NCBI GenBank assembly: GCA_048270185.1
Contig: JBLWTJ010000001.1
Span: 576,001 to 640,000 of the forward strand
DNA length: 64,000 bases
DNA from: Bacteriovoracaceae bacterium
Lineage (GTDB): Bacteria > Bdellovibrionota > Bacteriovoracia > Bacteriovoracales > Bacteriovoracaceae
Direction of reading: 5' to 3'
Below the pieces are notes generated by a model, which searched no databases, was not told the DNA's origin, and was given only the letters and a program-made list of their open reading frames with translations. Within the stretch, counting starts at the first letter, position 1, and each line of letters begins with the position of its first letter. Made by a program: the position numbers and the translations under genes. Positions 40,573 to 50,876 of the stretch are shown here, piece after piece.

Positions 40573-41319
40573 ATGCAACGATTTTTAACTTTATTTCTAT
40601 GTACTTATGTTACCTTTAACGCTGCCGCTGAGACTTCTCAATTAAGGCAGGAGTTATCTAAAGTCTTAAAAGACGGCCGTGAAGTTCTCTACTACAAGAT
40701 TGCACGTCTTCACCTATTCAATGATATTTACGCTTATAAGAAAGAAGGTAGTGAGAATAAATTTATAAGAGACCTCTACTGTGACAAGGAATATGAGGTT
40801 AATGTTGATATCGAATTAAATGAGACTCGCCTACCAGATGGTAATATTTTAAACACAGAACATACATGGCCGAAGTCGCGCTTTTTTGAGTATAGCGAAA
40901 GTGTAGATCATGATAAGCAGTACTACGATGATATGCTCTCAGATATGCACCACCTATTTCCAACTGATTCCATGGTCAATGCAACTCGTGCTTCTTACCA
41001 CTACGGAGAAGTCGATGAGGACACACTTGAAGGCTGTCCACTCTCAAAGCTTGGAATGAACAAGGCCTATCCAAATATTCGCTTCTTTGAACCACCAGAT
41101 GAAATCAAAGGTGATATCGCTCGTGGTCTCTTCTACTTTGCAGTTATGTACCAACTTCCACTTGATGATCGTGAAGAAGAGTTCTTAAGAAAATGGGATA
41201 AGCAAGATCCTGTTAATGACTTTGAGAGATTTAGAAATGATCAGGTTGAAAAGTATCAGGGCAATCGAAATCCATTTATCGACAACCCTGAACTCATTAA
41301 TCTACTTCCTAATCTTTAG
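40573..41319 (+). CDS. Secreted endonuclease I family nuclease
   Basis: NTEHTWPKS, DMHHLFP, KGDIARGLFY, QGNRNPFID. Confidence 0.92.
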   Translation: MQRFLTLFLCTYVTFNAAAETSQLRQELSKVLKDGREVLYYKIARLHLFNDIYAYKKEGSENKFIRDLYCDKEYEVNVDIELNETRLPDGNILNTEHTWPKSRFFEYSESVDHDKQYYDDMLSDMHHLFPTDSMVNATRASYHYGEVDEDTLEGCPLSKLGMNKAYPNIRFFEPPDEIKGDIARGLFYFAVMYQLPLDDREEEFLRKWDKQDPVNDFERFRNDQVEKYQGNRNPFIDNPELINLLPNL

Positions 41320-41340
41320 GCTTTTAGACTTTAAAGAAGC

Positions 41341-42147
41341 TTACTTTTCTGCAACCTTAACTTTTAAAAGACGATCAAGAATCATTTTGAAGTGAGAATA
41401 AGGGTATGCGCCTTTAACAGGAACTCCTCCAACAACAAACCCTGGAGTCCCGCTAAACCCTAATTTATTCGCACTTTCAATATCTGCACTTACCTTGGCC
41501 GCCACTCGATCCGAGTGCGCAAGTTTTTTCACCTTCTTAACATCAAGCTTTAAGTCTTTAACAACACTCTCAAGATATTTTTCTCCATGACGAAGTTTAG
41601 CTTGATTGTGAAGAAGTATTTTATGAAATTCATATGCTTTCTCACCTGCTTCAATTCTCACTGCCTCATAATAGTTTGAGGCCATTCTTGCATTTGGATG
41701 GATCGAATCAATTGGCAGGTGACGATAAATAAATGCCACATCCCCTTTATATTCTTTTAGAATTTGCTCAACTGTATCAAATGCTCTTAAGCAAAATGGG
41801 CACTGAAAATCTGAATACTCATAGATTTTAATTTTCGCATTTGGATTTCCAATCACAAGGTCATCGCTATGTAGCTCTATTTGTAGTGGATTTTTAAAAG
41901 CAGCTTCAAGTATCTCTTGCTCTTTCTTATTGCGATTATTCAGGGCCTTCTCACGCATATCAGAGGCCATCTTCTGAAGTGTCTCCATAAAGAGCTCTGG
42001 GTTCTTCTTCATGACTTCTGTGATAATTGTCGGGTCTTTTTCAAGGGCCTCTTTCACACTCTTACTATTTGTACTTTGTGTACAAGAAGCAAGAAAGAGA
42101 GAGACGAGAACAATAATGAACGCGACCTTTGTAGAATTTCTTTGCAT
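41341..42147 (-). CDS. DsbA/Com1-family thiol-disulfide oxidoreductase lipoprotein
   Basis: Lipobox LASC, SDFQCPFC, GTPGF. Confidence 0.9.
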   Translation of the reverse strand: MQRNSTKVAFIIVLVSLFLASCTQSTNSKSVKEALEKDPTIITEVMKKNPELFMETLQKMASDMREKALNNRNKKEQEILEAAFKNPLQIELHSDDLVIGNPNAKIKIYEYSDFQCPFCLRAFDTVEQILKEYKGDVAFIYRHLPIDSIHPNARMASNYYEAVRIEAGEKAYEFHKILLHNQAKLRHGEKYLESVVKDLKLDVKKVKKLAHSDRVAAKVSADIESANKLGFSGTPGFVVGGVPVKGAYPYSHFKMILDRLLKVKVAEK

Positions 42148-42250
42148 TATGGGCTCCTAAGCTTCAAGTTGTAACAACCTATCGCTTAATTATGCCCAAT
42201 CTTTATTTAGATCGCGTTAGAGTTATGTCAATTCTTTGAAAAATAATGGC

Positions 42251-42943
42251 CTATTGCGCGTGCTGTGGACGCAGCTTATAGCCGATCCCACGAACAGTTT
42301 CAATAAGTTGCTCATTAAATTTCTGACGAAGTTGAAGTACGTGAGTATCAACTGTTCGAGTTGATGGATAGCACTCGTATCCCCAAACCTTATTTAAAAT
42401 CTCATCGCGAGAAAGTGCGCGATTAGGATTTTCCACAAGAAGTTTTAGAAAATCAAATTCCATCTTTGTTAATTCAACTAACTCTCCATCCCAAGTTACT
42501 TCACGCGTATCATTATCGATTTTTAACTTTCCAAGAGTTAGAACCCCCTTAGTATCGACTTCCTTGCCTGTTGCTCCACCTTGTTCTCCAATTCGAAGCT
42601 GAACACGAACGCGAGCAAGCAACTCTCTCGACTCAAAAGGCTTTGTAATATAGTCATTTGCACCTGATTCAAGTCCTACAACCTTATCAATGAGATCAGT
42701 CTTGGCCGTTAAAATAATCATTGGTGTTTTAATATTTTTTGCACGAATCTCTTTTAGAAAATCAATTCCTTGTCCATCCGGAAGCATCCAATCTTGAATA
42801 ATTAAATTAATAGGAGCTAGATCAACTTTGCGTGCCTCTTCTAAAGTCTGGGCCCAACAGGCATCGAAGCCTTCCATTTTTAAAAAGTCTAAAATTCCCT
42901 TTCCGAGAGATACATCATCTTCAACTAATAGTATTTTATCCAT
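42251..42943 (-). CDS. OmpR-family response regulator (VxrB-like by context)
   Basis: VEDD, DWMLP, KPF, RTVDTHV, TVRGIGY. Confidence 0.93.
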   Translation of the reverse strand: MDKILLVEDDVSLGKGILDFLKMEGFDACWAQTLEEARKVDLAPINLIIQDWMLPDGQGIDFLKEIRAKNIKTPMIILTAKTDLIDKVVGLESGANDYITKPFESRELLARVRVQLRIGEQGGATGKEVDTKGVLTLGKLKIDNDTREVTWDGELVELTKMEFDFLKLLVENPNRALSRDEILNKVWGYECYPSTRTVDTHVLQLRQKFNEQLIETVRGIGYKLRPQHAQ

Positions 42944-44516
42944 TTGGCTTTTTCCTCTTTGGTAGAGTGATAATAAATGTGGTTGGATTTTTTACAAGGG
43001 TTATCTTTCCGCCCCATTCCACAACAATATTTTTAATAATATTTAAACCTAGACCAGTTCCTGAACTTTTTGAACCCTTAACAAACTCACTTGTTAGTGT
43101 ATCGAGATCACGAGTAATTTCACCACCATCACCCACTTCAACAACAAAGTTCTTATCCTTCTCATAAATTTTTATATAATGTTTTTCTTCACCGTGAACA
43201 AAAGAGTTCTCAACTAAATTTTTAATTAGGATTTGGAACCAATAATAATCGACATAGATTTCATCTTTAAGATCAACGCTCACGTCGATTTCTTTATTAT
43301 AAGTTTCCTTAACAGGAATTATTGTATCATAAACAAGATCTTCTGGGTTTTGCAATTTTTCATAACTAAAGGTAATCATCCCACCAGCATTCGAACCTTG
43401 TAGGTAATGCTTTGATTTTTCAGTTAGTCTTTGTAGTCGATAAACTTCTCCGGCGACACGCAAAAGATCCTCTTGTTGCTCCTCAGGAAGCTTATCAATA
43501 GAGCGATTCATCTTCTCAACGATCAGTAGAAGTGAACTAACAGGTGTTCTAAATTCGTGAGTTAAAACTTGTAAGGCCATCTTCTTGCGATTCTCCTCAA
43601 CCTTGTCTCCTTTGATCTTACTAAAGAGCAGCCAAAGAATAATGAAGAAAATCACCATGATTCCAGTAAATGAAGTCAGAGTAGAAGTTGAAACAGTTTG
43701 CAATAAGTGTTTCGTATTTTGTCGCCAACAAATCGGTCCATCAGTATAAACACACCACTTACCTCCACGGGCCCGAGAAATTTGATATGGTGTTTGCTCA
43801 ATATATCTTTCAATTGAGTCAATCGAATAGAAGCGATACTCTAATACATTGTACTGACGAGGATACTTAATACGAGATAGAAGATAATTCTTTGCTAAAA
43901 TTGTCCCCTCTTCATTGATAATATCTGTTAGCGTAGCCTGACTTAAGCTTGCAAGGAGTCCATATATTCCGCCAAGAGGACCAATGTCACGTTGAAGTTG
44001 AGAAAGTTCTGAAACATGGAAATAAGAAAGATTCCTTCTTACCCAACTTGTACGAGATGCTTGTCCAGTTGCAAGTTGATACTGAAAAAGTAGATAAGCA
44101 TAACTAATTCCCGATTCGTGAATATAAGGTGGACTCTTTACAAACCAAGCAGGAATACGGGCAATTCTTCCACATCGAATCTGCTCCCATAGGCCTTTCT
44201 TTCGAGTTCCCTGAATTTGGGATTGTAGGATTTCAATATTTGAACATCCTTTTGAACTTGAAAGAAGAGATGAATCAAATTCTTCAATGGCAAGGGATGG
44301 GTTTAATAATTGAAATTGTTCTTGTGAGTAGTACAGGGAAGAAAAGTTAACAATAGCATAAGGTGTAATTGAAGACTGCATGTGATTTTTGATCTCGTTA
44401 ATCTCATCAATTTGGTATTGAGAGGCAAAACGGGGTGCAAAACTCTTTAAAACAAAGCTTCCAGAAAAAAAGGCAACAATTAACGCCGTGAATATAAGTA
44501 CAATATAAGGTTTCAT
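42936..44516 (-). CDS. Sensor histidine kinase with Cys-containing periplasmic domain (DUF3404/VxrA-like)
   Basis: LTHEFRTP, NLVENS, GTGLGL; periplasmic C..P.WF....IH.SG.SYA pattern. Confidence 0.8.
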   Translation of the reverse strand: MKPYIVLIFTALIVAFFSGSFVLKSFAPRFASQYQIDEINEIKNHMQSSITPYAIVNFSSLYYSQEQFQLLNPSLAIEEFDSSLLSSSKGCSNIEILQSQIQGTRKKGLWEQIRCGRIARIPAWFVKSPPYIHESGISYAYLLFQYQLATGQASRTSWVRRNLSYFHVSELSQLQRDIGPLGGIYGLLASLSQATLTDIINEEGTILAKNYLLSRIKYPRQYNVLEYRFYSIDSIERYIEQTPYQISRARGGKWCVYTDGPICWRQNTKHLLQTVSTSTLTSFTGIMVIFFIILWLLFSKIKGDKVEENRKKMALQVLTHEFRTPVSSLLLIVEKMNRSIDKLPEEQQEDLLRVAGEVYRLQRLTEKSKHYLQGSNAGGMITFSYEKLQNPEDLVYDTIIPVKETYNKEIDVSVDLKDEIYVDYYWFQILIKNLVENSFVHGEEKHYIKIYEKDKNFVVEVGDGGEITRDLDTLTSEFVKGSKSSGTGLGLNIIKNIVVEWGGKITLVKNPTTFIITLPKRKKPNG

Positions 44517-44626
44517 TAAATCTAGTCTATCCCAGCATTTACAATATTAAACGTATCGTTAATAATTGTCCTAAATTAGTCAAAGTATTGTCAATTATTG
44601 ATGAACGCAAAGCAAAAGGAAGATTC

Positions 44627-45397
44627 ATGCTCATTCTCGGAGTTGATTTAGAAGGTATTAACGAAAACCTCACACAAAAAGGTGTCAACCTCGATATCGA
44701 CCGAGTAACAGAAATTGGAGCTGTTCTTTGGGATACTAGAATAAACTCTCCAGTGCGTGTCTTCTCAGAACTGATCGAAGAAAGAGATCGTCTAAAACTT
44801 ACTCAAGAAGTTATTGATCTGACAGGAATCGATGAAAAACTTCTCGCGGACTGGGGCCTTAAGGGCGAAGAAATTAAGATGGCCCTGCAAAGGCTTACGA
44901 TCTTAATAAAAAAAGCAGATTATCTCATGGCCCACAATGGGGCCAAGTATGACAAGCCAATGTTAACAGCAATGTTTGAAAGGTACGGGCTTGAGATGCC
45001 AAATAAAGTTTGGATTGATACACAAGAAGATGTTGAGTATCCAAAGAAGATCACACATAAATCAATGGCCATGTTAGAGCATTCTCACGGCTTTATTAAT
45101 CCATTCCCACATCGTGCAGTAACTGACGTACTCTCAATGCTTAAAATAGCTTCTCACTACGATTACTCACGAATGGCCAAGCTTGCCAGTGCTCCTAAGA
45201 TTAGAATCGTGGCGGAACTTAAGGCACCAAATTGGAAGAATAAGCAAGAAGTTGAAAAGTTTAATACAATCAAGCACAAAGTTGCTCGTGCTCGTTTTCA
45301 GTGGGACCCAAATGAAAAAGTTTGGTCTAAAATCGTTTCTCAAGTTCATATTGATGAAGGCAAACTTATGTATGACTTTGATTGGAGACTTGCATAA
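44627..45397 (+). CDS. DEDDh 3'-5' exonuclease (DnaQ-like) with C-terminal extension
   Basis: DLE, HNGAKYD, HRAVTD; C-terminal ARFQWDPNEKVW. Confidence 0.85.
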   Translation: MLILGVDLEGINENLTQKGVNLDIDRVTEIGAVLWDTRINSPVRVFSELIEERDRLKLTQEVIDLTGIDEKLLADWGLKGEEIKMALQRLTILIKKADYLMAHNGAKYDKPMLTAMFERYGLEMPNKVWIDTQEDVEYPKKITHKSMAMLEHSHGFINPFPHRAVTDVLSMLKIASHYDYSRMAKLASAPKIRIVAELKAPNWKNKQEVEKFNTIKHKVARARFQWDPNEKVWSKIVSQVHIDEGKLMYDFDWRLA

Positions 45398-45873
45398 GGT
45401 ACTCAACTCGTCCCCTACCAGAGTATAAGTTTAGACCGGGAGTGAATCCTCATCCACTAAAATCTGGTGGGCATATGGAAACCTCAGGAGAGCCAGAAAC
45501 TGCAAGCCTAAAATCAAGTGATGACTTTAGAAATAACGAAGACTACCTCTACGCTATTGATCTCGTCAATGAAGGCTACTACTGGGAATGTCACGCCTAT
45601 CTTGAATCCTTGTGGAATGAACACGGACGAACTGATCAATTTGCGACTCTCTTTAAGGCCATCATCAAAATCGCCGCAGGACTTTTAAAGCTTGAGATGA
45701 AGCAAGAGTCTGCTTTCGAGACTCACTTAAAGAGATGTCTTGAATTACTTTCTGAAATTAAAGATGACCACTTCTGTGGCATCGAGATCAGAGAATTAGA
45801 AGTTCTGGTTTCTCATATGCTCAGCAAACCTCTGGAAGCCGCCCCAAAGTTCTTCATCAAACTTAGGCTTTAG
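45382..45873 (+). CDS. DUF309 domain protein
   Basis: LPEYKFRPGVNPHP, YYWECHAYLESLW. Confidence 0.85.
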   Translation: METCIRYSTRPLPEYKFRPGVNPHPLKSGGHMETSGEPETASLKSSDDFRNNEDYLYAIDLVNEGYYWECHAYLESLWNEHGRTDQFATLFKAIIKIAAGLLKLEMKQESAFETHLKRCLELLSEIKDDHFCGIEIRELEVLVSHMLSKPLEAAPKFFIKLRL

Positions 45874-46215
45874 CTTCTTCCTATCAAGGGCCTTGCGCAT
45901 ACAATAGAGCCACTCATCGCGCTCAGCAATACCTATTTTAAAAGGAAAGTGACGCTTTCTCATTCTTGGGTGGCCGTAAGCTTCGATATAGAGGCCAGGG
46001 CCTCCAAGCCAGCCAGATAAGAACATAAAGAGTTTCTTATTGGCCGAATCTAAACTCTTTGCATGAAGGTTACGACACTTTGATGCCTTTGGGTCTGTGT
46101 CCATAACTTCATAGAAATCATCAACAAGTGATTGCACCCCTTGGGCCCCACCTAGTTTTTCATAAGGAGTTAGTTTTAATTTTCGAATGAGGAAATCAGG
46201 TAGTTTTATTGACAT
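45796..46215 (-). CDS. Group II truncated hemoglobin
   Basis: YEKLGG, FLSGWLGGP, HPRMRKRH, ERDEWL. Confidence 0.93.
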   Translation of the reverse strand: MSIKLPDFLIRKLKLTPYEKLGGAQGVQSLVDDFYEVMDTDPKASKCRNLHAKSLDSANKKLFMFLSGWLGGPGLYIEAYGHPRMRKRHFPFKIGIAERDEWLYCMRKALDRKKLKPKFDEELWGGFQRFAEHMRNQNF

Positions 46216-46244
46216 AAAAAAAGGCCTCTGTGTTAGAGGCCCTT
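46216..46244 (-). terminator. Intrinsic terminator after the S8 protease
   Basis: GGCCTCT-aacac-AGAGGCC followed by T7 on the minus strand. Confidence 0.75.
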
Positions 46245-46251
46245 TATAGCA

Positions 46252-47538
46252 TTAGTTTTTAATATTGTTAAGTAGGCGGTAAGCTTCAATTCTTCCTGAC
46301 TTAGCATATGAAGTCAGCCCAGCGTTTGGCACTGAAGTCTTGTAGATTCTCTCTTTAATTTCAGAAAAGCTTAATTGATCTTCTTTAGACATAAGAAGTC
46401 CTAAGATACCTGAAACCATTGGCGTTGCCATTGAAGTCCCTGACATTTTCTTATAACTATTTCCTGGCACAGTTGAAAGGATATTCTCACCTGGAGCAAA
46501 TACGTGAACAGTATCTTGACCGTAGTTAGAAAAAGAAGCCTTTGTTCCTTTACCACTCATGGCACCAACAGAGATTACGTTACCAACTTCATAATTTGCA
46601 GGATAAGTTGCTCTAGCATCATTGTCTGCTCTCGAGTTACCAGCTGCTGCGACAAAGAGAACACCTTTATCGTGTGCATTTTGGATTGACTCAAGAAGAG
46701 CTTGAGAGAATCCTCCTCCGCCCCAAGAGTTTGAAAGAATTTTTGCACCATTAGCTACAGCGTAATCAATTGAAGAGATAGCATCAATTGTTTCACCTGA
46801 ACCACTGTCACTTAGGAATTTAATTGACATGATTTTTACGTTTGCCATAACACCCATGATCCCTTCACCATTGTGTTCAGCACCAATAACACCTGCACAG
46901 TGAGTACCATGAGAGTGACCATCCATTGGATCAGCATCTTTATTTGAGAAGTCATATCCATAAACATCATCAACAAATCCGTTTCCATCATCATCAATTC
47001 CGTTACCAGCGATTTCACCTTCATTCTTCCACATATTTTGAACTAGATCAGGGTGAGTGTAATCAACACCTGTATCAATAACAGCAACAACAAGATCGCG
47101 GTTTCCAGTTTCAACATTCCATGCCTGAGTTGCATTGATATCTTCACCAGCTTTCCCACTTGAGAACCAACCACCAGAGTTACGTCCAGTATTTAGTAGT
47201 CCCCATTGCTGACCAAACTTTTCATCACGATTTAAGCTCTCAAGAGAGTTTGTTTCATTTTGTGGAGCATTGAAGTCATTTAGGTTAATTACCCAGTTTT
47301 TTTCAACATAAGCAACCGCAGGGTCATTGATTAGACCTTGAGCATTTTCAGCGCTAATCACGCCACCTTTAAGAACGGCAAATGTACCAAAGCTTAGCTT
47401 TCTGATTTGAGTATCAGCAAAGTTTGTGTTTACGAAAGATTCGAAACCTGGCTTAAGTTTAACAATGTACCCGTTGAAGTCTTGAGCTGAAGCGCTCAGT
47501 GCACAAGTCATTCCTAGTGCAAGAAATAGTTTTTTCAT
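46252..47538 (-). CDS. Secreted subtilisin-like S8 serine protease
   Basis: IDTG, HGTHCAG, AAAGN, SGTSMATP; signal peptide and prodomain. Confidence 0.96.
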   Translation of the reverse strand: MKKLFLALGMTCALSASAQDFNGYIVKLKPGFESFVNTNFADTQIRKLSFGTFAVLKGGVISAENAQGLINDPAVAYVEKNWVINLNDFNAPQNETNSLESLNRDEKFGQQWGLLNTGRNSGGWFSSGKAGEDINATQAWNVETGNRDLVVAVIDTGVDYTHPDLVQNMWKNEGEIAGNGIDDDGNGFVDDVYGYDFSNKDADPMDGHSHGTHCAGVIGAEHNGEGIMGVMANVKIMSIKFLSDSGSGETIDAISSIDYAVANGAKILSNSWGGGGFSQALLESIQNAHDKGVLFVAAAGNSRADNDARATYPANYEVGNVISVGAMSGKGTKASFSNYGQDTVHVFAPGENILSTVPGNSYKKMSGTSMATPMVSGILGLLMSKEDQLSFSEIKERIYKTSVPNAGLTSYAKSGRIEAYRLLNNIKN

Positions 47539-47740
47539 GTTTTTTATCCTTATGTTCGTCCGTGACCAAAAGTTTTACTTTTTTCAATCCTAAAACTATT
47601 TCAAATTAATTTTCTTAAGACAAGTTCACTTTACAACATGTAAGAAGTTGTTACGATACCCAACTTTTCATGTCGGAATTAATCCCCTTTACGTAAACAC
47701 ATCCGATTGGGTAGAATAAGAGCGCTTTCAAAGGATAATT

Positions 47741-48457
47741 ATGACTGATATGCCAAATACAAGTAATGAAAATACAAATAAGCCTAAAAAAGAAAACCCG
47801 TTCATCAATCTTCTTTGCAACGTGGTCATTCCATCGGTAATTCTCACAAAGTTCTCAGGGCCGGAAAAACTCGGTCAAGTTAATGCTCTTGTGATTGCCC
47901 TGGCCTTTCCACTTCTTTATGGAGCGTGGGACTTCTTTACGCAGAAGAAATTCAACTGGATCTCGGCCATTGGTCTCGTAAGTGTTCTCTTAACAGGTGG
48001 GATTGGACTCTTTCAACTTGATAAGACTTGGATGATTGTCAAGGAGACGGCCCTGCCTTTAGTAATTGGACTCTTTGTTCTTGCTTCTCAATATACAAAG
48101 AAGCCTCTAGTAAGAATGCTCATTGAACAAATCTTTGATATCGATAAAATCCACGCGGCCGTGGATGCTCGTGGAGGACGTGAGGACTTTGATCAAAAAA
48201 TTCATATCTCTGGATTTTACTTTTCTTCAACTTTCTTCCTATCGGCTGTTTTAAACTACGCACTTGCAGTTATTGTCCTAAAAGGTGCACCAGGAAGTGT
48301 TGAATTTAATGAGAGCCTTGGGAAGATGACGGCCCTAAGCTTTCCTGTCATTTCTGTACCAACAGTTATTGCTACAGGGTTTATCATTTACGGCCTTGTT
48401 AATTATATAAAAAAGAATACGGACCTAGCTCTTGAAGAGATGGTCAACCAACATTAG
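47741..48457 (+). CDS. VC0807-like inner membrane protein
   Basis: Multi-TM; ALAFPLLYG, LTGGIGL, KE, FNESLGKMT. Confidence 0.75.
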   Translation: MTDMPNTSNENTNKPKKENPFINLLCNVVIPSVILTKFSGPEKLGQVNALVIALAFPLLYGAWDFFTQKKFNWISAIGLVSVLLTGGIGLFQLDKTWMIVKETALPLVIGLFVLASQYTKKPLVRMLIEQIFDIDKIHAAVDARGGREDFDQKIHISGFYFSSTFFLSAVLNYALAVIVLKGAPGSVEFNESLGKMTALSFPVISVPTVIATGFIIYGLVNYIKKNTDLALEEMVNQH

Positions 48458-48467
48458 GTAGATAAAC

Positions 48468-49511
48468 ATGCAATTAAATCAACTTGGAAATACAGACATA
48501 AAAGTTACAAAGATTTGTCTTGGGACAATGACTTGGGGTGAGCAAAATACAATGGATGAAGCACACGCCCAACTTGATATGGCCATCGACTACGGTGTCA
48601 ACTTCATCGATACCGCCGAAATGTATCCGGTACCAGGAAAGCAAAATACATATTCAACAACTGAGCAGTATATAGGCCAGTGGGATAAGATAAGATCTCA
48701 CCGCGATAAATTTATTCTTGCTTCTAAAGTTGCAGGCCCAGGAAATATGGATGCTTGGATTAGAGACACTGACGTTAGAAAGAGTGCTTTTTCAAAGTCA
48801 GATATTAAAACAGCGTGTGAAGCTTCTCTTAAAAGACTAAATACTGATTATCTTGATCTCTACCAACTTCACTGGCCAACCAGAGTCACTAACTTCTTTG
48901 GCCGCCTAAATTATGAGCATATTACGGATGAACTTGAAGTAAGCATTAATGAGCGAGTTGAAGCATTAGATGAACTCATTGCCGAGGGAAAGATTCGTCA
49001 TTGGGGACTTTCAAATGAATCAGCTTGGGGTGCCATGAAGTATCTTGAAGCCTCAAAAAGTAATCGACCTGTTTCAATTCAAAACCCATACTCACTTCTC
49101 AATCGCAGTTATGAAGTTGGTCTTGCTGAAATTTCAATGCGTGAAAATATTGGCCTTCTTGCCTACTCGCCACTTGCCTTTGGCGCACTAAGTGGAAAGT
49201 ATCTTGATGGAAAGAGGCCAGCTAACTCAAGATTAACGGAGTATGGTGAGTACTTTACTCGCTATTCTTCAGAACATGCACAAAATGCAATTCGCGCTTA
49301 TGTTGAACTTGCCAATGACGTGGGACTCTCTCCTGCTACACTTGCCCTGGCCTTTGTGAATGATCGTGAGTTTATGACGTCAAATATTATCGGTGCCACA
49401 AATCTTGAGCAGCTTCGTGAAAACCTTGCCTCAAGTGAAGTAAGACTCGATCACGCAACTTTGGCCCGCATCGAAGAAATCCACAAGATCTTCACTTTCC
49501 CATGCCCATAA
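48468..49511 (+). CDS. tas: NADP(H)-dependent aldo-keto reductase (Tas-like)
   Basis: LGTMTWGEQN, DTAEMYPVP, DLYQLHWP, GLSNE, QNPYSLLNR. Confidence 0.9.
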   Translation: MQLNQLGNTDIKVTKICLGTMTWGEQNTMDEAHAQLDMAIDYGVNFIDTAEMYPVPGKQNTYSTTEQYIGQWDKIRSHRDKFILASKVAGPGNMDAWIRDTDVRKSAFSKSDIKTACEASLKRLNTDYLDLYQLHWPTRVTNFFGRLNYEHITDELEVSINERVEALDELIAEGKIRHWGLSNESAWGAMKYLEASKSNRPVSIQNPYSLLNRSYEVGLAEISMRENIGLLAYSPLAFGALSGKYLDGKRPANSRLTEYGEYFTRYSSEHAQNAIRAYVELANDVGLSPATLALAFVNDREFMTSNIIGATNLEQLRENLASSEVRLDHATLARIEEIHKIFTFPCP

Positions 49512-49596
49512 CGGCATAACTTGCCTAGGCCCTCCACAAAAATCTCAAGCTAATTTAATTTGTTAAAATTAGTTAAGTAAAGATGTGGAGGGGTTC

Positions 49597-50205
49597 ATGT
49601 TTAATAGAATTAAACGTACCAATGAACTAGATAATGGTAAGAAAGAATTAGCTAAGATTTTCTACGAGCTAGAAGAGTTTGAAGATGCGCCACTTAGAAT
49701 GGCCCTGACAAGCTATGAAAACTTAAAGAGAGAATCGAAATCAACAGAGGATTTCTTCTTTTATCTAATCGAAGACTCAATCTTTACTTCTTTATATGCG
49801 ACTTTCTACGAAAGAATTTTTCAGGCCTTAAATGAAAATCCAGATCGCGCCCTTGAACTCATTGATAGCTTTAGTGCCGATGCAGATGAGCGCGAACAAG
49901 TCATTGCTACACAAACTCAACATCACCTATCTTTTATCGAAAATTTAGGAATGTGCCACGGTTGTGGTTCATGTGAATTCCATAAAGACGTTGCTGAGTT
50001 AATCGCCCACTATCAACGTGGAGATATCGATTTCTTTACAGAATTATACTTAGGGATGCAGACAATGCAATTTGCCATGGAGTACTTTCTCTATGACTTC
50101 ATTCCAAGTAACCCTGACTTAGTAAAGCTAACTCACCCGGCCCTTATTCAATACTGGCGTGAATTGATCTACAATTACGCAAAAGTTAAGGCCCACGAAA
50201 TTTAA
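49597..50205 (+). CDS. Hypothetical protein with CxxCxxC motif
   Basis: GGAGG RBS; CHGCGSCEFH. Confidence 0.8.
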   Translation: MFNRIKRTNELDNGKKELAKIFYELEEFEDAPLRMALTSYENLKRESKSTEDFFFYLIEDSIFTSLYATFYERIFQALNENPDRALELIDSFSADADEREQVIATQTQHHLSFIENLGMCHGCGSCEFHKDVAELIAHYQRGDIDFFTELYLGMQTMQFAMEYFLYDFIPSNPDLVKLTHPALIQYWRELIYNYAKVKAHEI

Positions 50206-50296
50206 GCCCAATACTTACAAGTTCTATCTTCTGCTTTTGAAAATTGCGTAAATAGAAACTCCTGATTATCATTAATTGATAATAAAAGGAGTTATT

Positions 50297-50854
50297 ATGA
50301 AATTACTAGTAAGTTTACTACTGCTTCTCCCTGCCTTCGGTGCAGGTCTTAAAATTGGAAATGACCTAACATCAAATCCACTTAGTGGATCAATTCGCGT
50401 AACATGTAGTGATCGCGGACAACATGACGTAAGATATGCAAATTGTCGCGCTAATTACCTAGATCCATCTGAGTTTTCAAAATTCGTTCTTGATGAAGGT
50501 GAAAAAGTTGATGCTGACAAAGTGACTCTTTACTACAAAGATCACAAAGGTAAGAGAAAATCAAAATCTTCGAGATTTGATGCAAACAAAGGTGAAAGTA
50601 AGTCTGAGTTCAACCTTTGGATTCACACTCTTCTACAAAGACCACTTCTAAACTACTACGGTGAAAATGAAATCGAGTACAAATTAGAAAAAGATGGTAA
50701 CAAAGTAGCTCAAGGCTCATTTATCGTTAACGTTGAAAAAGTTGAAGAGAAACATTGTCCAACAGCAAGTTACTACTCAAATAATATGAATGATTGTTCA
50801 AATCCTTCACTTATTTGTGGCCAGTACTTTAGAGAATTCAATTACTGTCAGTAA
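50297..50854 (+). CDS. Secreted hypothetical protein
   Basis: AAGGAG RBS, signal peptide, six Cys. Confidence 0.8.
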   Translation: MKLLVSLLLLLPAFGAGLKIGNDLTSNPLSGSIRVTCSDRGQHDVRYANCRANYLDPSEFSKFVLDEGEKVDADKVTLYYKDHKGKRKSKSSRFDANKGESKSEFNLWIHTLLQRPLLNYYGENEIEYKLEKDGNKVAQGSFIVNVEKVEEKHCPTASYYSNNMNDCSNPSLICGQYFREFNYCQ

Positions 50855-50876
50855 GAATTTTTAAAATTGATATTAT

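Noticed and set aside
47636..47673. Imperfect hairpin in the S8/VC0807 divergent intergenic region as a riboswitch or sRNA
   Set aside because: Weak, bulged, AT-rich stem with no recognisable aptamer motif
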